In this document: piece by piece, positions 7,423 to 13,679 of the stretch
Numbering within the stretch: the first letter of the stretch is position 1
Layout of the letters: each line of letters starts with the position of its first letter
Assembly (NCBI GenBank): GCA_020349685.1
Contig: CP070698.1
Coordinates: forward strand, 805,389 to 819,067
Direction: 5' to 3'
From: a bacterium
Lineage (GTDB): Bacteria; BMS3Abin14
DNA: 13,679 nt
Made by a program: the position numbers and the translations under genes
Notes under the pieces: model-generated
Told to the model about the DNA's origin: nothing
Database searches by the model: none
What the model saw: only the letters and a program-made list of their open reading frames with translations

Positions 7423-7935
7423 CTACATCTCCGGATCGTGGGGATCGTGACATTCGTAGCAGACGTAGGGGCCGAGCTTCATACCCCTCTCCTCGAGGTG
7501 CTCGACAACCACGATGGTCGTGTAATCATCCGGCTTGGCCAGCTGGTAATCGTGGCACTTGATGCACAGCTCCTGGGCCGAATGGATCTCCATCTCCGCC
7601 GTCCTGTCATAGCTGCCCGGGTCCGCGAGGAACTTCTCGATGCTGTCGTACTCGACGTGGGTCCTCAGCGGTCCGTGGCACGTTTCGCAGTTGATCACCT
7701 TGTGGGGGGTCTCGAGGATGGCCTCGACCTTATCCTCGTGGCAGAAACTGCAGGACTCCATACCGTTTCCGTGCCTGGGGACGCGTATATTCATCTGTTC
7801 CTGGAGGTTGTCGCCCCTGTAGTACCCGTACTTGCCGAAGCTGTCGGGCACCAGGAAACCCCTTCCAAGGAGGTATCCTATGGAAATGACAACCCAGATG
7901 AGTATGGCGCGCCACAGGTGTTTGGTGTGCTCCAT
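7423..7935 (-). CDS. N-terminally membrane-anchored tetraheme cytochrome c (module 2)
   Basis: Four CxxCH motifs (CSFCH, CETCH, CIKCH, CYECH) and a C-terminal CHDPH. One N-terminal hydrophobic helix without a clear AxA site. GGAAGGTG SD. Confidence 0.9.
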   Translation of the reverse strand: MEHTKHLWRAILIWVVISIGYLLGRGFLVPDSFGKYGYYRGDNLQEQMNIRVPRHGNGMESCSFCHEDKVEAILETPHKVINCETCHGPLRTHVEYDSIEKFLADPGSYDRTAEMEIHSAQELCIKCHDYQLAKPDDYTTIVVVEHLEERGMKLGPYVCYECHDPHDPEM

Positions 7936-8050
7936 CTTTTCACCTTCCGTTCGGGTTCAAAGTTGATGGCTTAGCATAAAGTCATCAACGCGCCCCGGGT
8001 GGGGCGCCCGGATCAATGAAAGGCGATGCCAGTCATTAATCCCCAGGGAG

Positions 8051-8095
8051 GGCGGGTAAATACTTTCCGCCTCGAGGGGAGCGGAAAGTCCCGCC
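8051..8095. other. Strong stem-loop downstream of the repeat-protein gene (terminator, processing or attenuator candidate)
   Basis: GGCGGG-taaat-ACTTTCCGC-ctcgagggga-GCGGAAAGT-CCCGCC: a 9-bp plus 6-bp stem with a 5-nt bulge. Confidence 0.5.
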
Positions 8096-8121
8096 TGTAT
8101 TTTCTACGGTCCCGCCAAAGT

Positions 8122-8700
8122 TCAGGGTTCGTACCTGTCTTGCTGGTTATCGTGATCCAACCGGGCGGTGTCTGGTCCGGTACTTTCGCTTGTCGGGGAC
8201 TGCTCATCGAGCCTGTCCGCCCCCAGAAGCCAGCTTAAGAAACTCTTCTCGCCGAACCGGCCCCGTCCCCTGTGCAAGGTGGGCTCCTTGTCAAGGTTAT
8301 CACCTGAAAAAAGCCACCTGAGGAACCCGTGCCCGCCAAACCGTCCCGGAGGCCCGGCCGTTTCCGGTTCCACCTGGAGGTCCTCTCCAGACAAAAGCCA
8401 GCCCGGAAAACCGGTCTTTCCAAAGCGGGAAACCCTTTCTCCGGCCGGTGCCTCCTCCTCGAGGGTCTCCGCGGAAAGAAGCCACGGAAGGAAGCCACCC
8501 TCACCGAACCGGCTCGTCCTGGGACTCAAGGGAGACTCCTGGGGCAGCTGATCCGGGGACAGGATCCATCCCGGCAGGGACCGGCCACCCGTCCGCGACC
8601 GCCTCGGCGGAGGCGATTCCTCGCCCTCCAGCTTCTCGCTGGCCAGGATCCATTTCACATGCTTGAACAATTTTGCGGGGTCGAACCGGCTTAAAAACAC
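8122..8700 (-). CDS. Hypothetical protein with six 28-aa tandem repeats (RFGxxGFLxWLLSx[ED]xL)
   Basis: Trp at residues 17, 45, 73, 101, 129 and 157 (exact 84-nt period). The repeat is conserved at protein level in this frame while the DNA is diverged. GTG start with GGGGA/AAGGA upstream and an upstream promoter. Confidence 0.8.
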   Translation of the reverse strand: MFLSRFDPAKLFKHVKWILASEKLEGEESPPPRRSRTGGRSLPGWILSPDQLPQESPLSPRTSRFGEGGFLPWLLSAETLEEEAPAGERVSRFGKTGFPGWLLSGEDLQVEPETAGPPGRFGGHGFLRWLFSGDNLDKEPTLHRGRGRFGEKSFLSWLLGADRLDEQSPTSESTGPDTARLDHDNQQDRYEP

Positions 8701-8750
8701 GACTTCCCCATTTCCTTATTTTTGAAGGCTCCCGGGAGACGGGATAAACC

Positions 8751-8778
8751 TCTATACCACTTTCGTGCCTTAGGTCAA
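8751..8778 (-). promoter_or_regulatory. Sigma70-type promoter for the repeat protein (and probably module 2)
   Basis: Minus strand TTGACC-N16-TATAGA with extended TGn before the -10, about 50 nt upstream of GTG 8700. Confidence 0.6.
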
Positions 8779-8800
8779 GACACTTTTTCCGGTGTCCCGA

Positions 8801-8818
8801 TCATGATAGTTTTCACAA
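8801..8818. promoter_or_regulatory. Candidate Rex or CRP/FNR-family (HcpR-like) operator
   Basis: TCATGA-TAGTTT-TCACAA versus the TTGTGA-N6-TCACAA consensus: one perfect half-site and one with two mismatches, 22 bp upstream of the -35. Confidence 0.35.
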
Positions 8819-8981
8819 GCGCAAAGGCACAAATTTCCCATTGAAATAAAGGGGTTAGTGAGGTTCTAAGTTCCCTGGCTGGTTGCGAAAAAAACATACC
8901 GAAACCCGCGGGTGATCCAGGTTACAGGCAAACCTGAAACCGGGATCCGCTCCCTGAATGGGCACACACGGAGGTGTCTTC

Positions 8982-10256
8982 TCAGATGGCCTGGTCGGGG
9001 CTCAAGGACACTTCGCGGCCGGAGACATCCTGTGCCGTAACTGCCGATCCCGCCGAGAACCTCAGTTTTCCGGTATAGATAGGGATGGCGACCTTGAGCA
9101 TCAGGGTGTAGAGAAGCGCGCCCACCGCCCACACGCCGATCGTGATGATGATCTCGTGGTTGGTGGGTGAATATTCGTAGATCTCACCAAGGGTGCCCGG
9201 AATAAAGCCGGGGATCACGAGGCCCATGCCCTTTTCGACGTAAACGCCAAGGATCACAAGGCTGCAGGCCAGGTTGAGGGTAACGGGGTTCTCCCTGGCG
9301 CGGGGAGACAGGAACAGGAAGAAGGCGATGAGGTTGAAGATCAGGGCCATCCACAGCCATGGCACAAGGCGGTCGTGCCCGTGGAGACCGAAGTACATGT
9401 ACTGAATGGGGGCCATGTGAACGGTACCGGAGTAGAACTCCTTGAAGACTTCGGCCCCGAAGAGGAAAAGGTTGAAACCCATGGCGTAGGCGATGAGCTC
9501 GGCGATCTTGTTAAGGGCCCTGTCCTCGATCTCGAGTGAGGATATCTTCCGGATGATCTGGAACAGGATGATCATAATAGCCGGTCCCGAGCAGAAGGCC
9601 GAGGCGAGAAACCGCGGCGCCAGGATGGACGCGTTCCAGAAGGGTCGAGCCGGCAGGCCGTTATAGAGGAAAGCCGTCACGGTGTGGATGCTGACGGCCC
9701 ACGGTATGGAGAGGATGACCAGGGGCCGGACAACGGCCATGCTGTAATCCTTGTTATGGGCGATCCTGTACATGACGTACGCCACGACGGTGAGGTTGAG
9801 GAAAAGGTAGCCGTTCAGAACAAGAACGTCCCAGGCCAGGAGGGAGCTCGGGAAGTTCATGGTCCCCAGGAAGGGCATGATGTGCCACACCCTGTCCGGC
9901 CTCCCGATGTCCACCATGATGAACATGATGCACATGGAGATCGCTGTGATGGCAAGCAGCTCCCCGAAGAGCACGATCTCCTTGATCGGCTTGAAGTCGT
10001 AGATGTAGGCCGGGATGACCAGGAGGACCGCAGCCGCGGCCACGCCGACGAGGAAGGTGAAGTTGGAGAGATAGAATCCCCAGGACACCTGGTCGCGCAT
10101 GGCGGTGACGATGAGGCCGTCCTTGAGCTGCATCACGTAGGTCCCGAAACCGAGGAGGATCCAGAACCCGAGGAAAGCGATCCAGATGTAGTAGTTCCTG
10201 GAACCGGTGAAGATCTGCTTCACCGCGATCACAAAGTGCTTGATTAGATCCACCAT
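8982..10256 (-). CDS. nrfD: NrfD/DsrP-family quinone-interacting membrane subunit (module 1), 424 aa
   Basis: Motifs SWGFYLSNFTFLVGVAA, DIGRPDR, SLLAWDV, HTVTAFLY, RPFWN, APRFLASAF and EKGMGLVIPG (DsrP-like); about 10 TM helices; GGGGA SD. Confidence 0.92.
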   Translation of the reverse strand: MVDLIKHFVIAVKQIFTGSRNYYIWIAFLGFWILLGFGTYVMQLKDGLIVTAMRDQVSWGFYLSNFTFLVGVAAAAVLLVIPAYIYDFKPIKEIVLFGELLAITAISMCIMFIMVDIGRPDRVWHIMPFLGTMNFPSSLLAWDVLVLNGYLFLNLTVVAYVMYRIAHNKDYSMAVVRPLVILSIPWAVSIHTVTAFLYNGLPARPFWNASILAPRFLASAFCSGPAIMIILFQIIRKISSLEIEDRALNKIAELIAYAMGFNLFLFGAEVFKEFYSGTVHMAPIQYMYFGLHGHDRLVPWLWMALIFNLIAFFLFLSPRARENPVTLNLACSLVILGVYVEKGMGLVIPGFIPGTLGEIYEYSPTNHEIIITIGVWAVGALLYTLMLKVAIPIYTGKLRFSAGSAVTAQDVSGREVSLSPDQAI

Positions 10257-10268
10257 GACATCAATCCC

Positions 10269-10412
10269 CTAACTTTGGATCGGGGCGCCCCGGTTCACAG
10301 CTGGAAGTTCCCGTGAGGCCCCAGCTTTGATCGGAGACCTTTCCCCGCTGAAAATCCCTGCCTTACTCGGCAACTTGCTCTCTTTCATAACCGGTTCTTC
10401 CTGCAATTTCAT
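10269..10412 (-). CDS. Possible small hypothetical peptide (39-47 aa) between the FeS and NrfD genes
   Basis: MKLQEEPVMKESKLPSKAGIFSGERSPIKAGASRELPAVNRGAPIQS* fills the 188-nt gap. Its TAG abuts the NrfD SD, and ATG 10388 has AGGAAG upstream. No recognisable motif. Confidence 0.25.
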   Translation of the reverse strand: MKLQEEPVMKESKLPSKAGIFSGERSPIKAGASRELPAVNRGAPIQS

Positions 10413-10444
10413 CCAGGGATCCGGAGTGTTCCCCCGATGGATTC

Positions 10445-11377
10445 CTAGGTCGCGAAAAAGTAGAAGAACTTCGGATGAGTGTTCAGATCCTCCTTGAGAC
10501 GGAAGATCCGCTTGTTCTCGATGCAGTAACGTATCTCGCTGTTCGGGTCGAGCAGGTTCCCGAACTTCCTGGCGCCTACGGGACAGATCTCGACGCAGGC
10601 AGGGTACTGTCCGGGGTCGTTCCTCGTCCTCTGAATACAGAAGGTGCACTTTTCCACTACTCCCACGTAGCGCGGACGGTTGCCCAGGTAGTGGGTATCG
10701 GCATTGATCTCCTCGGACGGCAGACCCGGCTTTTTCCAGTTAAAATGCCTGGCGCCGTAAGGGCAGGCCGCCATGCAGTATCGGCAGCCGATGCACCAGT
10801 TGTAGTCCACGACGACAATGCCGTCATCCTCCGACCAGGTCGCGCGGGTCGGGCACGCCTTCACACACGGAGGATTCTCACACTGCTGGCACTGGGTCGG
10901 CATGTAGAAGTACCCCTGTTCGGGCACCGTCTCCGGGTTGTAATACTTGTCTGAGTTCTCGAGGTCGTTGATCCATTTATCTCCCTTTCTGAACCTCAGC
11001 ACGGTGATCCAGTGGACCTGGGGATCCCTCGACTGGTTGTTCTCCTCGACACACGCGTATACGCACCTGCGGCATCCGATGCAGCGGGAGATGTCCAGGC
11101 CGTAACCGAACAGCACGCCGGGAAGAGGCTTGTTGGCCGACACCTTGATGTCCTTGCCGTACGTCTCGGAATATTCCTTTTCCAGACGCGTCAATATCTT
11201 CTCCAGGTCCCGATCGTTGAGCTCCTGAAAGTGTTTCTGGAAAAAGGCTTCCCATATGCTGGCTTCCGCACCTGCCGGCGGCAGGGCCGCGGCAGCCGCA
11301 CCCAGGGCAGCGCCCTTGAGGAAGTTGCGCCTGGAGACCTTCTTCTCGCGAACGGCTTTATTACTGCGTTTTCTCAT
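10445..11377 (-). CDS. Tat-exported 4x[4Fe-4S] electron-transfer subunit, DsrO/NrfC family (module 1)
   Basis: Tat motif SRRNFL with an AEA cleavage site. Cys motifs CIGCRRCVYAC, CQQCENPPCVKAC, CIGCRYCMAAC and CTFC..PACVEIC, plus RYVGVVEKCTFC as in DsrO/ActB-type ferredoxin domains. Confidence 0.93.
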   Translation of the reverse strand: MRKRSNKAVREKKVSRRNFLKGAALGAAAAALPPAGAEASIWEAFFQKHFQELNDRDLEKILTRLEKEYSETYGKDIKVSANKPLPGVLFGYGLDISRCIGCRRCVYACVEENNQSRDPQVHWITVLRFRKGDKWINDLENSDKYYNPETVPEQGYFYMPTQCQQCENPPCVKACPTRATWSEDDGIVVVDYNWCIGCRYCMAACPYGARHFNWKKPGLPSEEINADTHYLGNRPRYVGVVEKCTFCIQRTRNDPGQYPACVEICPVGARKFGNLLDPNSEIRYCIENKRIFRLKEDLNTHPKFFYFFAT

Positions 11378-11389
11378 GACGATCCGCCT

Positions 11390-11956
11390 CTACTTGATAT
11401 TCTTGGGCTTGACAGGTGGTGGTTTGGGGGCGATGGGTTTAAACCGCGGTTGGTGCGGGTTATGGCAGTGAACGCATAGCCTGTAGGTCTTTGTTCCGTT
11501 CCATTCTCCGGTACGCCGGCCGTGGATCCCCGCTTTCCAGTCCCTGAAGATGGTCCCGTGGCACTGACCGCAGAGATAGTAGGACTCCTCGAAACTCACG
11601 AGCCTGCCGCTGGCCAGCCTCAGAACGTCACGGTCGTCAGGGTTGTGACAGTCCAGGCACCAGCGCTCCTCCTCGTTGTGGTTGATGATCTCGATATCAT
11701 CGTGCATATCCACGAGGACCCGCCTCTGGGGGTTGACCTCCTGGTCCGCGTGACAATCCGAACAGGGGAAGATGCCGTCCGAAAAGGGCGGTGGCGGTAC
11801 GAAGAACTCCGGTATGCCTGCCTCTTTCGATTCCGCCGTTTCAGCCTCGGTCCTCCAGATGGCCTCCCCGGAGGCAGGGGATTCCCCGGTTGCCATGGCG
11901 GGCGTCAGGGCTGCTATGAGGCAGACGGCAAATAAAGCTGAGAGGAAGCTTCTCAT
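11390..11956 (-). CDS. Sec-exported tetraheme cytochrome c (module 1), about 188 aa
   Basis: GGAGG SD before ATG 11956. Signal peptide MRSFLSALFAVCLIAALTPAMA. Four CxxCH motifs (CSDCH, CLDCH, CGQCH, CVHCH) ending in CHNPH, with Pro-rich flanks. Confidence 0.9.
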   Translation of the reverse strand: MRSFLSALFAVCLIAALTPAMATGESPASGEAIWRTEAETAESKEAGIPEFFVPPPPFSDGIFPCSDCHADQEVNPQRRVLVDMHDDIEIINHNEEERWCLDCHNPDDRDVLRLASGRLVSFEESYYLCGQCHGTIFRDWKAGIHGRRTGEWNGTKTYRLCVHCHNPHQPRFKPIAPKPPPVKPKNIK

Positions 11957-12133
11957 GGTTTTAACCTCCACCGGGGTGTTGATCTCCTCCGGATTACCGA
12001 TGGTCCGGTTGTTTGGCGCCGGCATTAAAATACAGCTTAAAAAAGTCTACCCGAAAACCCGGACCAAGGCAAAGAATGGACCCGGTCAAACCGGGCTTCC
12101 ATGCCAGAGCTGGATACGCAGTTCCCGTTTTCG

Positions 12134-12160
12134 GATTGCACACATACCAGATATGCAATC
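12134..12160. promoter_or_regulatory. Inverted repeat upstream of module 1 (possible regulator binding site)
   Basis: GATTGCA-N13-TGCAATC in the 249-nt intergenic region before the cytochrome gene. Confidence 0.3.
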
Positions 12161-12205
12161 ACATGGCAACCCAAACCAGCATACCCTATCAGTTCTATCA
12201 GCAAA

Positions 12206-13679
12206 CTACCCGTCAGCGGGACGCTGCCATTTCCCGAGGACCCACGAACCGACAGCCGCCGCGATCATGAAAGACAGGACGCTCAGGACAATGGGCACAC
12301 CCTTCACCCTGAAAAGATCGTAAAGAAAGACCTTTCCTCCGCCAAGGATCGTGACCATGACGGCGATCCATTTGATCTCGGCGTTTTTCCTCACCCGGGC
12401 CGCCAGGAAAAGGGCCAGCGCACCCAGGTTAAGGGTGATGGTCTGACCCGCCTGAAAGGCGCCGAAGGAGCCCGTGAAGAGGGTGAAAAGGGCCGCCCTC
12501 AGCGCCAGGAAACCGGTCCCGACCGAGACCAGAAGGGGCGCCGCACCGCTGATGTCCCCGGTGTCGAACCTGCTGAAATAGGACGATCCTCCGGACGGCG
12601 GGGTCCTGCGCACCAGCCTGTAATGAGTGAAAGCGATGGCCGACGTGGCCGTCATGCTCAGGACCGTGGCGAAGGCGAGGTCACCCGCCGGCACGAACAG
12701 GAGGAGAAGAAAGGAAGCCCCGAAAACGGTTGCCTGGAGAAAATAGGAGGTGACGCGGACACCTGGGCTCTCCCACCTGGTCGAAAGCCATGCCAGGCTC
12801 AGGGCGGCCCAGGAGAGGATCGCCAGAGCCACGACCGACTCTCCGGAGACATCTCTGAAGGAGAGGGCCAGGAGCAGGGCGGCGGGAAAAGCGAAGGTCG
12901 TCGTTCCCCTTGACCGGGTACCTGTGCGACTTCCCTTTACAGCGGCGAGGCCCAGAAGGCAGGTGGCGGCGACCACGCCCACCACTCCCAGGACCCTCTC
13001 GCCTGCTCCGGAAGCCACCACGACCATGAGGCAGGTCAGGTAGGCCCACATGGAGGCCAGGCTTGGCAGGAGGTGATCAAAGGGCCTCTTCTCATCCGAA
13101 ACCCTCCTCCAGATGGCCACACCCGGCGTGGCAATATAGAAAAGAAGGTAAAAGGCGGTCAAAGTGTAGAATTTACGCAGATCGGAAAGGATCGGACCGG
13201 ATGCGGGCCCGTGTTCAGAAAGGAGGGCAAAACGGAGTCTGTAACCCCAGACGAACACGGTGCCGGCGGTCAAGAGGAACACCACAATGCGCAGCCAGGC
13301 CGCCCTGGGAAGGCTCGAGGCTGAAAACGCCATGACATTGACGGCCACGAGAAAAAGGGAGAGGGCAAAATAGTCGGTGCTCTTAAAGCCGAGGGAAAGC
13401 GCCGCCATCATCACGGCCATGGTTCCGACGCACACGGGGATCGCCACCCGGTACCGGCGGCTGATAACGGCCATGCCACCGCCGGCGACAGCCAGGAATC
13501 CATAGGCCGGCAGGGCGGAGATGGATCCGAAAAGAGCGTGGGTCTCGAAGACGATGGCTGCCAGAAGCAGGGCCCCGCTGATACTGAAGATCGGGGCGAA
13601 AGGGCTTTTCCTGTGGTACATGAGAAGCCCCACAGCCTCGAGGAGAGTCGCGTAGCCGATGCCCAGCATGGTGCCGATC
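12206..13679 (-). CDS. Polytopic membrane protein, DUF2339-like, 5'-truncated by the window edge
   Basis: More than 12 hydrophobic segments. The C-terminus GGKVFLYDLFRVKGVPIVLSVLSF resembles the K-x-F-L-x-D-L...I-V-S ending of DUF2339 proteins. The frame is open to the window end. Confidence 0.7.
   Translation of the reverse strand, partial: IGTMLGIGYATLLEAVGLLMYHRKSPFAPIFSISGALLLAAIVFETHALFGSISALPAYGFLAVAGGGMAVISRRYRVAIPVCVGTMAVMMAALSLGFKSTDYFALSLFLVAVNVMAFSASSLPRAAWLRIVVFLLTAGTVFVWGYRLRFALLSEHGPASGPILSDLRKFYTLTAFYLLFYIATPGVAIWRRVSDEKRPFDHLLPSLASMWAYLTCLMVVVASGAGERVLGVVGVVAATCLLGLAAVKGSRTGTRSRGTTTFAFPAALLLALSFRDVSGESVVALAILSWAALSLAWLSTRWESPGVRVTSYFLQATVFGASFLLLLFVPAGDLAFATVLSMTATSAIAFTHYRLVRRTPPSGGSSYFSRFDTGDISGAAPLLVSVGTGFLALRAALFTLFTGSFGAFQAGQTITLNLGALALFLAARVRKNAEIKWIAVMVTILGGGKVFLYDLFRVKGVPIVLSVLSFMIAAAVGSWVLGKWQRPADG

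Noticed and set aside
8016-8032. Sigma54-like CTGGCAT (-24) upstream of module 2
   Set aside because: The -12 position reads TTCA instead of TTGC, so the conserved GC is absent.
8200-8660. 84-bp periodicity as a CRISPR array or multi-core RiPP precursor
   Set aside because: There are no identical DNA repeats; conservation is at amino-acid level. No cas, RiPP maturase, peptidase or exporter genes are in the window.
8691-8711. Mini-ORF MGKSCF* overlapping the repeat-protein start
   Set aside because: AAGGA is only 1 nt from its ATG and there is no other support for a leader peptide.
8926-8950. GGCAAACC-T-GAAA-CC-GGGA resembling the c-di-GMP-I (GEMM) riboswitch P2 stem
   Set aside because: The stem is too short, the downstream GCAAAGC/P3 elements are missing, and it is antisense to the local genes.
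5373-11956. Calling the cluster dsrMKJOP, qrcABCD, nrfABCD or actABCDEF
   Set aside because: DsrM/K, QrcB/ActB molybdopterin-like domains and NrfA are absent. The cytochromes are tetraheme rather than triheme DsrJ or pentaheme NrfB/ActA.
11957-12025. Longer 211-aa version of the module 1 cytochrome
   Set aside because: The GGAGG SD and signal peptide both point to ATG 11956.

Overview
A GC-rich bacterial window whose gene content resembles anaerobic Desulfobacterota/Myxococcota-type organisms (inference only). Nearly all genes are on the minus strand. In transcription order (right to left): a truncated DUF2339-like polytopic membrane protein; respiratory module 1 (tetraheme cytochrome c, Tat-exported 4x[4Fe-4S] NrfC/DsrO-type protein, NrfD/DsrP-type membrane subunit); an orphan 192-aa protein made of six exact-period 28-aa repeats with its own promoter; respiratory module 2 (a second, divergent cytochrome/FeS/NrfD trio) closed by a strong terminator; a heme-c (DUF3365) HisKA_2 sensor kinase abutting an AcuC/HDAC deacetylase; a GT2-fold glucosylglycerate-synthase-like gene with no canonical start codon; and a TM-helix-repeat membrane protein. 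The 3' end of a GntR/FadR (FCD) regulator enters from the left on the plus strand. The most unusual points are twin quinone-interacting modules with no catalytic subunit bracketing the repeat protein, a probable ATC start behind a terminator-like leader hairpin, and period-7 intergenic arrays enclosing a possible decayed four-helix-bundle gene.
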